Below are positions 29,095-38,792 of a stretch of 64,000 nucleotides of DNA, in pieces. Position 1 is the stretch's first letter. Each line of letters begins with the position of its first letter. The DNA comes from Anaerolineales bacterium. Lineage in GTDB: Bacteria > Chloroflexota > Anaerolineae > JAAEKA01. The stretch lies in NCBI GenBank assembly GCA_020634615.1, contig JACKBI010000019.1, forward strand, positions 52,911-116,910, in the 5' to 3' direction. A program made the position numbers and the translations under genes. Below the pieces are notes generated by a model. The model saw only the letters and a list, made by a program, of their open reading frames with translations. It was not told the origin of the DNA and made no database searches.

Positions 29095-30384
29095 ATGGAT
29101 GCTGACCTGCTGATTCTCAATGCCGCTCACCTGCTCACCTGCGCCAGCCCCGACGGACCGAAGCGGGGCGCTGCCCTGGCCGATCCTGGCTTGATACACG
29201 ATGGCGCGGTGGCTTGTCTGGCCGGCCAAATCGTCGCCGTCGGACCGACATCTGAAGTGCTGGCCCAGATCGACGAACCAGACGCAGCCGTGATCATCGA
29301 TGCGCGCGGCAAGGTGGTGACGCCCGGCTTCGTCGATCCGCACACCCACGCGCTGTGGGCCGGCGACCGGGCCAGTGAGTTCGAATTGCGCATCGCCGGC
29401 GCGACCTATCTGGAGATCATGCATGCCGGCGGCGGCATCATGAACACCGTGCGCGCCACCCGCGCCGCCTCGCTGGACGACCTGATCGACGAAACCCTGC
29501 TGCGGCTGGACATGATGCTGATGCACGGCACCACCACGGCCGAGATCAAGACTGGCTACGGGCTGGATACCGCCACCGAGTTGAAAATGCTGGATGCGAT
29601 CCGCGTGCTGGACGAGCAGCATCCCATGGATCTGGTCCCCACCTTTCTCGGTGCCCACGCCGTGCCGGCAGAATATACCGGCCGCACCGACGACTATGTC
29701 GATCTGGTGGTGAATGAAATGCTGCCGGCCATCGGCGACCTGCGCTACATTGTCGAGACCCCCGACGGCGAATACAACATCCGCGCCGCCGATTTTTGCG
29801 ACGTCTTCTGCGAGGTCGGTGCGTTCGACGTGGCGCAAAGCCGCCGAATCCTGGAAGCCGCGAAGGAAATGGGGCTCAGCCTCAAGATCCACGCTGACGA
29901 ATTCGAACCGCTGGGCGGGACATCGCTGGCCGTTGAGTTGGGCGCTGTCAGCGCGGATCACCTGGTTTGCACGACGGATGAACAACTGCAGGCGCTGGCC
30001 GCGTCGGACACCATCGCTGTGTCGCTGCCCGGCACCCCCTTCGGTCTCGCCCATAGCCACTACACCAACGCGCGCCGGCTGATCGATCTGGGCGGCGCGC
30101 TGGCGCTGGCCAGTGACCTCAATCCCGGCACGTCCTGGTGCGAGTCGATGCAGTTCATCATCGCGCTGGCGTGCCGCGCCCTCAAGCTGACGCCCGCCGA
30201 GGCGATCAATGCCGCGACCATCAACGCCGCATATGCGCTCAGCCTCGGTGAGTACCTTGGCAGCCTGGAAGTTGGCAAGCAGGCTGACATCATCGTTCTG
30301 GACATCCCCGACTACCGCCACCTGGGATATCGCTACGGCACCAATCTCGTTGAGACGGTGGTCAAGCGCGGGCAGGTAGTGTAA
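29095..30384 (+). CDS. hutI: Imidazolonepropionase
   Basis: PGFVDPHTH, GGGIMNTVRATR, EIKTGYGL, FLGAHAVP, DVFCE, KIHADE, SDLNPGTS. Confidence 0.93.
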   Translation: MDADLLILNAAHLLTCASPDGPKRGAALADPGLIHDGAVACLAGQIVAVGPTSEVLAQIDEPDAAVIIDARGKVVTPGFVDPHTHALWAGDRASEFELRIAGATYLEIMHAGGGIMNTVRATRAASLDDLIDETLLRLDMMLMHGTTTAEIKTGYGLDTATELKMLDAIRVLDEQHPMDLVPTFLGAHAVPAEYTGRTDDYVDLVVNEMLPAIGDLRYIVETPDGEYNIRAADFCDVFCEVGAFDVAQSRRILEAAKEMGLSLKIHADEFEPLGGTSLAVELGAVSADHLVCTTDEQLQALAASDTIAVSLPGTPFGLAHSHYTNARRLIDLGGALALASDLNPGTSWCESMQFIIALACRALKLTPAEAINAATINAAYALSLGEYLGSLEVGKQADIIVLDIPDYRHLGYRYGTNLVETVVKRGQVV

Positions 30385-30435
30385 TCTCCCTGCCACGGGA
30401 TCAAGGCCGTCGTCATAATCCGGGCTGCCGGCCCG

Positions 30436-30464
30436 TTGTCCGCAGGCTGTTACTGTGCTATAAT
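30436..30464 (+). promoter_or_regulatory. Sigma70-type promoter
   Basis: TTGTCC-17 nt-TATAAT with TGn. Confidence 0.6.
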
Positions 30465-30535
30465 CCCTTTAGCGCAGAGCACCCGCACCCTGGTTCTCCC
30501 TTCCCTTTGCAACAAAATACGTTTGAGGTTCTCCC

Positions 30536-31627
30536 GTGATCAATCAAGATCGCCTTATCGACACATTCCTGGAACTGGTTCGCATCGACAGCCCCAGCGG
30601 GCAGGAAGCGGAGATCGGCAGCCATCTTGCCGTGCGCTTGCAAGCACTGGGCTTCACCACCGAATTCGATGAGATCGGCAATCTGGTCGGCCGGCTGAAC
30701 GGCGCAGATGGCGACTGGTTACTGCTCAGCGCGCACATGGACACCGTCGGCACCGACATCGGTATCGAGCCGGTGATCCGTGACGGCGTAATCTACAGCG
30801 CCGGCGATACTATTCTGGGCGGCGACGACAAATCGGGCGTCGCCGCGATTCTGGAAGTACTGCAAACGCTGCAAGAGGAGGGGTTGCCACACCCACCGCT
30901 GGAAGTCGTTATCAGTGTCGGCGAGGAGTTAGGGTTGTACGGCGCGCGCCATCTGGATACCGGCAAGCTGCGCGCCCGCCAGGGTGTCGTCCTGGATTCG
31001 GGCGGACCAGCCGGGCATCTGGTGATCTCGGCGCCAGGCCAGGACAGCCTTGTGTTCACCGTTAACGGTGTCAGCTCACATGCCGGCGCCGAGCCGGAGC
31101 GCGGCATCAATGCGATTCGCGTCGCCGCGGAGGCCATCGCCGCTATGCCCATGGGCCGGATCGATTTCGAGACCACGTCAAATATCGGAATCATCGAGGG
31201 TGGTACGGCGCGCAACATCGTGCCCGATCGGGTGCGGGTGGTTGGCGAGGCGCGTAGCCGCGACGCGAAAAAGTTGGACAGCCTGACGCAATCGATCCTC
31301 GATGCGTTCAATGAGGCTGCGGCCAGGCACAATACCAGCGTCGATTGCAACGTGACGCGGGCTTATAACGCCTACAGGCTGTCAGACGAGACACCCATAG
31401 TACAGGCAGCAGCAGCCGCTGCACGCGCGCAGGGCCATGAGGTTGTGTTGTGCAACAGCGGCGGCGGCACTGATGGCAACATCTACAACGCGGCCGGCAT
31501 CGCCTGTGTGGTAATCAGCACCGGCATGGAAGATGTACATACACCCAGCGAGCATATTGCCATCGCAGACATGGTAGCTGGGACTGAGTTGCTAATGGAA
31601 ATCGTGAGTCGTTTGGCCACCGGTTAA
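30536..31627 (+). CDS. M20/M25/M40 metallopeptidase (PepT-like)
   Basis: SAHMDTV, LGGDDKSG, VGEELGL, HAGAEPERG, SGGGTDGN, HTPSE. Confidence 0.9.
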   Translation: MINQDRLIDTFLELVRIDSPSGQEAEIGSHLAVRLQALGFTTEFDEIGNLVGRLNGADGDWLLLSAHMDTVGTDIGIEPVIRDGVIYSAGDTILGGDDKSGVAAILEVLQTLQEEGLPHPPLEVVISVGEELGLYGARHLDTGKLRARQGVVLDSGGPAGHLVISAPGQDSLVFTVNGVSSHAGAEPERGINAIRVAAEAIAAMPMGRIDFETTSNIGIIEGGTARNIVPDRVRVVGEARSRDAKKLDSLTQSILDAFNEAAARHNTSVDCNVTRAYNAYRLSDETPIVQAAAAAARAQGHEVVLCNSGGGTDGNIYNAAGIACVVISTGMEDVHTPSEHIAIADMVAGTELLMEIVSRLATG

Positions 31628-31653
31628 CCTGCAACAGCCGTAAAGACGCCATC

Positions 31654-32583
31654 ATGGAACAACTTCTCGGATTGCAGACCTGGGGCACGGAAATCATCCT
31701 TTGGATTCAGTCGGTCAGCAGTGGACCGCTGGATGGGTTTTTCCAGGCTATCACCTGGCTTGGCAACGCGGAAGCGTACATGGTGATCCTGACGCTGATC
31801 TTCTGGTGCATCAACCGGCGCTGGGGAATCCGCCTGCTGGTGTTGATGATGCTGTCTTCATGGATCAACGAATTTGTAAAGTCGCTGCTCAAACTACCGC
31901 GACCTGATCCCGCCCGGGTGCGACAACTGGTTCAGGAACCAACCTATGGCCTGCCCAGCAATCACGCCCAGACCACCGGCATCGTGTTGTGGGGCTATCT
32001 GGCGGTGAAGGTGCGACGCAACTGGTTCACCGTGCTGGCGGTGATAATGGCTTTGCTGATCAGCCTGTCACGGCTGTATCTGGGCGCACACTTTCCGCAG
32101 GATGTGTTGGCCGGCTGGCTGCTGGGCGGAATCGTGCTGGTGCTGTGGCTGCGCTACGAAGAACAACTGGCAACGCGCTGGGGCAGCCTTTCCACTGGTG
32201 GCAAGCTGGCGATCAGCGTGCTGGGCCCGGTCGTCCTGCTGCTGTTGCTGCCACCTGATCGTGACGGCCAATATCCCAATATGTTTGGCGCAGTAGCTGG
32301 CGGCATTCTGATGGGCGCGGGCCTTGGCTACGTCATCGAGGAACGCTGGGTTCGCTTCCGCGTCGAGGGATCCATCGGGCGGCGCGTGCTGCGCTACATC
32401 GTCGGCATTGTGCTGGTCGGGCTGGTCTTCTTCGGCGGCAGATTTGTACCCGATTTGGAGCCGTGGGCGCTCGATCAGTCCGTGCGACTGGTGCGCTACG
32501 CACTGGTCGGGCTGACGGCCATTGGGCTGGCGCCTTGGCTCTTTGTAAAATTACGGCTGGCTGACAGCGAGCTGGCCGATTGA
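31654..32583 (+). CDS. PAP2-family membrane phosphatase
   Basis: KSLLKLPRP, GLPSNHA, SRLYLGAHFPQDV. Confidence 0.9.
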   Translation: MEQLLGLQTWGTEIILWIQSVSSGPLDGFFQAITWLGNAEAYMVILTLIFWCINRRWGIRLLVLMMLSSWINEFVKSLLKLPRPDPARVRQLVQEPTYGLPSNHAQTTGIVLWGYLAVKVRRNWFTVLAVIMALLISLSRLYLGAHFPQDVLAGWLLGGIVLVLWLRYEEQLATRWGSLSTGGKLAISVLGPVVLLLLLPPDRDGQYPNMFGAVAGGILMGAGLGYVIEERWVRFRVEGSIGRRVLRYIVGIVLVGLVFFGGRFVPDLEPWALDQSVRLVRYALVGLTAIGLAPWLFVKLRLADSELAD

Positions 32584-32674
32584 CAATCGAATGAAAACAC
32601 GCTACCTGGCTGACAGTCACTCTCAAAAGTGTCCGCCAGCTGACAGGTAGCGAAAAATTAAGGAAAAAAACAGA

Positions 32675-34330
32675 ATGACTACAAGCTTAAGAATCATACC
32701 TTTGGGCGGTCTTGGCGAAATCGGCAAAAACATGACCCTGTTTGAATACGATGACCAGATTTTGATCGTCGATGTGGGAGTCATGTTTCCCGACAACGAC
32801 ATGCTGGGCGTGGATCTGGTATTGCCCGATTGGAGCTACCTGAAAGACAAGGTTGATCGCATTATCGGTATTGTGATCACCCATGGCCACGAGGACCACA
32901 CAGGTGGCCTGCCCTTTTTGTTGAAGGACCTCAATCTGGCGGTTCCGATCTACGCATCCCGGCTGGTCCAGGGCATGATCGAGCTAAAGCTCAAAGAAGC
33001 GGGGCTTCAAAAGGCATGCGAGCGGGTCACTGTGAGCGAAGGCGAGCAGGTGACCATCGGTCCGTTCCAGGTCGAATTCATCGCGGTCACCCATTCCATC
33101 CCAGATGGCATGGCGGTTGCGATCCGCACGCCCGTTGGGCTGGCGCTGCATACCGGCGACTTCAAGTTCGACTACACTCCCGTGCAAGGCTACGGCCCGG
33201 ACTTCGGCAGGCTGGCTGAGCTGGGACGCGAGGGCATCATGGTGCTGCTGGCCGACTCGACTGGCGCCGAACGGCCAGGCTGGACCCCGCCGGAGTCCAG
33301 CATCACCAGCGCGTTCGACACGATCTTCCGCGACGCCCCCGGACGAATCATCATTTCCAGTTTCTCCTCGTCGCTGGGTCGCGTGCAGCTCATCGTCAAT
33401 ATGGCGCACCAGCATCGTCGTAAAGTCGCGCTGGCTGGCTTCAGCATGCGCAAGAATGTCGAAACGGCCCGCAAGCTGGGCTATCTCGACATCCCGCGCG
33501 GCACGCTGGTTGACATCGACAAGATCAAGGGAGTTGCGGCTGACAAGCAGGTGATCATCACAACCGGCGCGCAGGGGCAGCCGGAGGCCGCGCTGGCGCG
33601 TATGGCCAGCGGGCGACACCGCGACATCGACGTCGTGCCGGGCGACACCGTGATCCTCAGTTCGACTCCGATTCCCGGCAACGAGGAAGTCGTCTCGGCG
33701 ATGATCAACCGGCTGATCCGCCGCGGCGCCGACGTGATCTATCCGCCGCTGGCCGCAGTGCACGTCAGCGGCCATGCCAGCCAGGAGGAAATGAAGCTGC
33801 TGCTGGCGCTCACCAAACCAGAGTACTTTGTGCCGATCCACGGCGAACTGCGCCACCTGCACGCACATGCTCGTCTGGCGCGCGGCCTGGGGATCCCTGA
33901 AGAGTACATCCTGAACATCGAAAACGGCGTCGTGTTGGAGTTCGATGAGGCGGGTGCGGTGGTCGGTGAACGGCTGCCCGGTGGATATGTCTTTGTAGCC
34001 GGCAGCGGCATCGGCGACGTCGGACCGTCGGTGCTGCGCGACCGCGAGATACTGTCCAGCTACGGCTTTGTCAGCGTAGCGTTTGCCTGGAGCTTTGCGA
34101 CCCGCGAGCTGACCAGCGAGCCAGAGATCGTGTCGCGCGGCTTCGTCTACGAGAAAGAAGCGGGTGAACTGTTGCGAGCCGCGCAGGAGAAGCTGACGGC
34201 TGCGCTGCGCGGAACCAGCCGCGTCAGCAAGCGCGGACTGGACGAGGTAACGCGGGAGACGCTATCGCGCTACTTCTACGACCGCACAGGCCGCAAGCCG
34301 CTGATTGTGACGACGATTCTGGAAGCGTAG
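32675..34330 (+). CDS. rnj: Ribonuclease J
   Basis: IPLGGLGEIGKNM, ITHGHEDHTG, THSIPD, HTGDFK, HVSGHA, PIHGELRH. Confidence 0.96.
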   Translation: MTTSLRIIPLGGLGEIGKNMTLFEYDDQILIVDVGVMFPDNDMLGVDLVLPDWSYLKDKVDRIIGIVITHGHEDHTGGLPFLLKDLNLAVPIYASRLVQGMIELKLKEAGLQKACERVTVSEGEQVTIGPFQVEFIAVTHSIPDGMAVAIRTPVGLALHTGDFKFDYTPVQGYGPDFGRLAELGREGIMVLLADSTGAERPGWTPPESSITSAFDTIFRDAPGRIIISSFSSSLGRVQLIVNMAHQHRRKVALAGFSMRKNVETARKLGYLDIPRGTLVDIDKIKGVAADKQVIITTGAQGQPEAALARMASGRHRDIDVVPGDTVILSSTPIPGNEEVVSAMINRLIRRGADVIYPPLAAVHVSGHASQEEMKLLLALTKPEYFVPIHGELRHLHAHARLARGLGIPEEYILNIENGVVLEFDEAGAVVGERLPGGYVFVAGSGIGDVGPSVLRDREILSSYGFVSVAFAWSFATRELTSEPEIVSRGFVYEKEAGELLRAAQEKLTAALRGTSRVSKRGLDEVTRETLSRYFYDRTGRKPLIVTTILEA

Positions 34331-34392
34331 ACAGAGTCTCACCGAACCGGAGACAGATTCGGTATCTTCGAAGGTAAAGTCGGAACATAAAA

Positions 34393-34423
34393 CGAGGCCC
34401 CGATCAGGTTGATCGGGGCCTCG
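34393..34423. terminator. Probable bidirectional terminator between convergent rnj and C25 genes
   Basis: CGAGGCCCCGATCA-GGT-TGATCGGGGCCTCG. Confidence 0.75.
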
Positions 34424-34444
34424 CATTTCAAGCAACTGAGGTTA

Positions 34445-37400
34445 TCAGTTCCACTGGTTGGCGGCAAGGATGATATCGGTGACGTCGATCTCATCGTTGC
34501 CGTTCAGATCGTAATTGTAGAGATATTGCGGCTGGCCAAGAGTCGCTCCCCAGCGGCCGGCGACAAGCTGGACGTCAACGATGTTGACGCTGCCCGTGCA
34601 GTTGACATCAGGCACTGCAAGGTTGACGACCACCTCGAGCGGCGTCAGCACGCCCAATGTGTCGGTCACTTCTCCTGTCACCATGATTGTTCCACAGGCC
34701 GTCAGCGTAGGTGACACGACGCTGCTGAAAGATACTGTTTCGTTGCTCCCAATGGTCACGTCGCCGGACCAAAGAACCTGGCGGGAGTCGGGATCGTAGA
34801 TTGGGCCCGACCCGGTTGAGGCGGCCATCCAGGTCGGCGCGCCGAGTTCGGATGGCAGGGTAAGCGTAACCTGGGTTCCCACGTAGGGAGAGGTGGCATA
34901 GTTCGAGAGGGTTGCGGTTACCGTGATCGGCATCCCAGGTGGAATCCAGTACCGTTGGGCATCCAGAGTCGCGTTGATATTCAACGGTGAAACGTTCACC
35001 TCAGTATTCACTTCAAGCTGTAAAGCAGACGACAGATCACTGGTGATCGCCGCTGGTACGGTCACGTTGTAAAGACCTGGCGCCAATCCCGTGTTGACGG
35101 CCAGAGAGAACGTCTTGACCACCGAGTCGGCTTCCGGGCTTCGCACATCGTTCAACTGCCAGGTCAAGGTATCGCCGTTATCGACAGCACCATTGGGGTC
35201 GACGACTGTCACCAGATCCTGCGGATAATCGGCAGTCAGAATCACATTAGGTGCGATGAATATGCTGGTGTTGGAAACAGTGACGGTGTAGTCAAGAGTT
35301 TCGCCCGGATCTGCGGTGGTTTCGCTAACTTCCATGGTCGAATCTGAGAAGTCAGCAGTGGGCAACCGCAGTTTCAGCGCCGGATCACCGAAGAAGATCA
35401 TCGAGTCGATCAAATCGTGATAGGCGATGCTATTGTCAAAAAAGTAATACTTGCTGGCATTGATCACGTCGCCCGCCCGCGGCACTCGATCCTGGAACAT
35501 CGCCTTATGCAGGCCCTGATCGAGCGTCGACAACGCTGCGCCGATGTGCAAACCACTGGGCGAGTAATCGGCGATGGCACCTCGCCCCGGTGTCAGTAAC
35601 ATGGTCTCCCCCAAGCTTTGCCAATTGTTGGCCCAAAGCACAAAGTATCCCGTCCAGCACGCGTTGTGCATCACCAATGGCATTTGACTGGATGGTGCCA
35701 GTGTAGCCGGGTCATTGATATTGAACATGGATACCGATCCCCAGCGGGCAGTGGATCCGTGGCCAAACCATTGCAGGAAGATCGCTCCATTGTTGAATTC
35801 GTTTTTGATGGCTGTTCGCACATCACCGCCCGAAGGATAGCTCGGATCGGGACAATTGGCCGGTGGCGCATCGTAATAAACCGTGTCGCTGGTGTAAGTT
35901 CCAGGCAGCCAGTTTTGACGAATGTTGTTGGACAACGCATGAAAATTGCCTGCCGGGTCCGTGCAGTTGTCGGCAACATATACAGACCGGGTTTGCCAGT
36001 CGCCGTCAGGCGTCGTTGCCGGATTCTCATAGGCAAGAATCTTGTTGACAACCGCAGTTACGTCAGCAGCATTATTGGCCGAAATACGGCCAATAGCCAT
36101 CTCAGGCAGGATATCGCTGTCACCGTCGACGCTGACGAATCGCGAGTCGGCCGGGACCTCTCCGATCCACGGATCAACATGAACCAGATAAGGCGGGATC
36201 AATATCCGCAGTGTCGTCGCAATCTCACCGCGGTAAGCTGGATACCCATCACCGACCAGCAGAACATAGCCTGGTTGGCCTTGCCAGTTGTGATATGCGT
36301 TGCTCAGAAAACTGCGAATAGCCTCCGGATCGATAAACCCGTAGCTGAACTCGTCGTAAACATCTTGTAACTTGACTTTTGCAACGTTAAACCCTTCAGC
36401 CGTACGATGATCAAGCAATGGTTGAATCGCTACTCCTAATTCGTCGCCCACAGAGGTTGTGCCTGCCGCCGTGCGCTCAGTGCCAATGATTGCGATGTAG
36501 TCGAAACTGTTGCTTGGCGCTGCCCAGTCGGACGGTGTATCGACCTCGATAGCACTGGGTGCCAGATAAGCGTCTTCCGAGGCCATGAAATAGGAGGATG
36601 AAGCGGTTGGCTCGCGCCAATACAACTTGTACATCCCGCCCGCGTCTTGCGAGCCGACTCCAGTTAAGAGGACTGGTGCTTCCGGAGCGGCTACATCTAG
36701 CACTGTGACAAGGCCAGTCGTAAAATCAGTGGCGATGATGTCAGTAGTGCTGGTGGTTAAACCGGCGATGTAGAGCGAATCATTGTCGGCGCGCGCGAGG
36801 GCCGGATAGGTCAGATCCACCCAGTCGGGAGACACCCAGTACGCAGAGATACCCGGCAATGCAGACTTGTCGGCAATCAGATGAATCTTGTTGACTGGAG
36901 CATCCAGCCAGGATGCCGGCAGCGTCTCGGCGATGCTGTAATCAACGCTGCCGTCCCATTGATAGCGATTCACGAAATGGTTGTTGAGTTGGACGTCAAC
37001 TGACTGATCGGGATTGAAGCCCGGATCGTTGTTTCCGCCGTGAACGAGAACAGACAGGTCAATGGAGCCTGTCGAAGTAACCGGATCGTTCAATGTCAAG
37101 TCATAAGTCCGGGTAACCAACGGCGTGCTGGTGTTCGCGTAAAGTTGCGTGTCAAAGAAATGATCCGCGCTTTTTGGGCGTTCATACAGCGTTCGATAAT
37201 CTACGTTCACTTCCACGTGAGTCGTCTGCGAAATCGTCGATGCAGCTGCTGGCGTAAACGGAGCGGTTACGTTACGCGTCTCCATACGGGCAGCGAATGC
37301 CGGAGCGCTCTCGACAAAGTAGTACACGTTGTAGTCCTGAAACCGCCCCAAGTCGTAAGGAACTGCATAGAAGACTACAAGGTCTCCCGGGTCGAAGCTG

Positions 37401-38227
37401 TTGTCACCAGCGCCAGTGACCAGGATATCGATCGGCTGGCCCTTATAGAAGACTGCAAAGTCGTTGGGATCCGAGCCTCCAGGGCCCAGGTTCACGCCGC
37501 CGGCTGCGAGATCAGCGTAGGTCAAGCGATAGACGCCTCGCTGCGTTGTATGCAGACGCAACCGTGCGCCCGTCGCGCCTTCGGGAACAGCCTGCGCTGT
37601 CAAATCGGGACTGACGACCGGCTGATCGGCTTGGCCAGCGTTGGGATGTAGCTGAACCGTGATGTTCAGCACCGGGTGATAGCGCAACTGGTGGGTGACA
37701 GGGTTATATTGGAAGGGATAGACACGAATCGGCAGCAGGCGCTGGTTACCCTGCTGCACCGGCTCGCCGGCAACGACTGGCGATGATGGATAAAAAGCAT
37801 TGACCGAGTAAATGTCGGAACTGGGCTGGTCCACCAGTGGCACGGAGGTTGGAAGATTAGCCGGATCATCCAGCCAATTCTGTGGCTGATTCAGATTCAG
37901 GTTGGCCACAGGCGCAGCTGAAATCAGCACTGTTTGCGGGAGCTGCTGTTGCTCTGGCGACTCATAGCTCAGTTCCCAAGTACTGTCAACAGGTATGAGA
38001 ACCGAATAACCCTTAACAGGCAACTGTGGCGCGCCGGGTACATCATTCAGTGCAGCATCCCCAACAGAAACCCCGGTGGCCGTGATTTCATAGTCCGGTG
38101 TCAGAATCTGGCGAAAGTCTGCCACGCCGTCCCCTTGTTCCGCGGATGCAGGAACAACGGTCGCCGTGACAATCACCACTACAATCAAGAGAAGACTTTT
38201 CCAAGCTCGTGTTCGCATCACTATCAC
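34445..38227 (-). CDS. Secreted C25 (gingipain/PorU-like) cysteine peptidase with propeptide, DUF11-like domains and C-terminal dockerin-like repeat
   Basis: Signal peptide; PGAPQLP..PFQYNP propeptide; YVLLVGDG, GRIS, FGHG and NAC catalytic motifs; DVNCTGSVNIVD..DLNGNDEIDVTD. Confidence 0.85.
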   Translation of the reverse strand: MIVMRTRAWKSLLLIVVVIVTATVVPASAEQGDGVADFRQILTPDYEITATGVSVGDAALNDVPGAPQLPVKGYSVLIPVDSTWELSYESPEQQQLPQTVLISAAPVANLNLNQPQNWLDDPANLPTSVPLVDQPSSDIYSVNAFYPSSPVVAGEPVQQGNQRLLPIRVYPFQYNPVTHQLRYHPVLNITVQLHPNAGQADQPVVSPDLTAQAVPEGATGARLRLHTTQRGVYRLTYADLAAGGVNLGPGGSDPNDFAVFYKGQPIDILVTGAGDNSFDPGDLVVFYAVPYDLGRFQDYNVYYFVESAPAFAARMETRNVTAPFTPAAASTISQTTHVEVNVDYRTLYERPKSADHFFDTQLYANTSTPLVTRTYDLTLNDPVTSTGSIDLSVLVHGGNNDPGFNPDQSVDVQLNNHFVNRYQWDGSVDYSIAETLPASWLDAPVNKIHLIADKSALPGISAYWVSPDWVDLTYPALARADNDSLYIAGLTTSTTDIIATDFTTGLVTVLDVAAPEAPVLLTGVGSQDAGGMYKLYWREPTASSSYFMASEDAYLAPSAIEVDTPSDWAAPSNSFDYIAIIGTERTAAGTTSVGDELGVAIQPLLDHRTAEGFNVAKVKLQDVYDEFSYGFIDPEAIRSFLSNAYHNWQGQPGYVLLVGDGYPAYRGEIATTLRILIPPYLVHVDPWIGEVPADSRFVSVDGDSDILPEMAIGRISANNAADVTAVVNKILAYENPATTPDGDWQTRSVYVADNCTDPAGNFHALSNNIRQNWLPGTYTSDTVYYDAPPANCPDPSYPSGGDVRTAIKNEFNNGAIFLQWFGHGSTARWGSVSMFNINDPATLAPSSQMPLVMHNACWTGYFVLWANNWQSLGETMLLTPGRGAIADYSPSGLHIGAALSTLDQGLHKAMFQDRVPRAGDVINASKYYFFDNSIAYHDLIDSMIFFGDPALKLRLPTADFSDSTMEVSETTADPGETLDYTVTVSNTSIFIAPNVILTADYPQDLVTVVDPNGAVDNGDTLTWQLNDVRSPEADSVVKTFSLAVNTGLAPGLYNVTVPAAITSDLSSALQLEVNTEVNVSPLNINATLDAQRYWIPPGMPITVTATLSNYATSPYVGTQVTLTLPSELGAPTWMAASTGSGPIYDPDSRQVLWSGDVTIGSNETVSFSSVVSPTLTACGTIMVTGEVTDTLGVLTPLEVVVNLAVPDVNCTGSVNIVDVQLVAGRWGATLGQPQYLYNYDLNGNDEIDVTDIILAANQWN

Positions 38228-38257
38228 CCTTCTCGGATCACATTATTCTTGTCCAAT

Positions 38258-38286
38258 ATCATACATTCGACGCAATTGTATCACAA
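38258..38286 (-). promoter_or_regulatory. Sigma70-type promoter of the C25 gene
   Basis: TTGTGA-17 nt-TATGAT on the minus strand. Confidence 0.55.
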
Positions 38287-38289
38287 ATC

Positions 38290-38310
38290 AATGTAACAAT
38301 AAGTTACATT
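38290..38310. promoter_or_regulatory. Palindromic transcription-factor site candidate
   Basis: AATGTAAC-AATAA-GTTACATT just upstream of the -35. Confidence 0.5.
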
Positions 38311-38336
38311 CGTATGAATTACATTCACAGCACGCG

Positions 38337-38376
38337 AAATTGCAGCGCTTCTTCGAGCGCTGCAATTTTCTTTTTC
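38337..38376. terminator. Terminator-like hairpin
   Basis: AAATTGCAGCGCT-TCTTCG-AGCGCTGCAATTT followed by TCTTTTT on the + strand. Confidence 0.65.
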
Positions 38377-38569
38377 AGGTCATCGGCAAATCACCAATCC
38401 TGGCCACAAACAAACCCTTGCAGCAACCACGGATTGTGGCCGGGCTTTAGATCACGCAAACCTACTGGATTCCATCACCAGAACGCCAACCAGATGTCCT
38501 GAGTTTTGGCAAAACACGCCCTTGCACTGAAAAACTCGTTTGCTGAAGGCTCCCGAGCGACTGAATGAC

Positions 38570-38764
38570 TTACAGACAAGTAGCGGTCGTGGTGCTTCCA
38601 GACGATGCAAGAGGACCAAGCAGTCCGGATGGTGAACCATGCGGCCCGGGGCCACCCTGCGCTTCAGCCATGAGCGGGCGTTCGAACGCTACCGAAGGTT
38701 CCTCCCAGGCCAAACGGGACGGCTGAACCGACTGTGTGGAACGATTGACATTAACGGTATTCAT
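38570..38764 (-). CDS. 64-aa putative RiPP precursor peptide
   Basis: AAGGAG SD before ATG 38764, 28 nt after the rSAM stop. Has a WEEPSV leader-like motif and a G/P/S/T-rich tail ending TCL. Confidence 0.7.
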   Translation of the reverse strand: MNTVNVNRSTQSVQPSRLAWEEPSVAFERPLMAEAQGGPGPHGSPSGLLGPLASSGSTTTATCL

Positions 38765-38792
38765 CTTGTACTCCTTGTGAAAGATTGCTTTG

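Noticed and set aside
38570-38764. Lasso peptide or mycofactocin precursor
   Set aside because: No lasso cyclase or B2 protease nearby, and no IDGxCGVY terminus.
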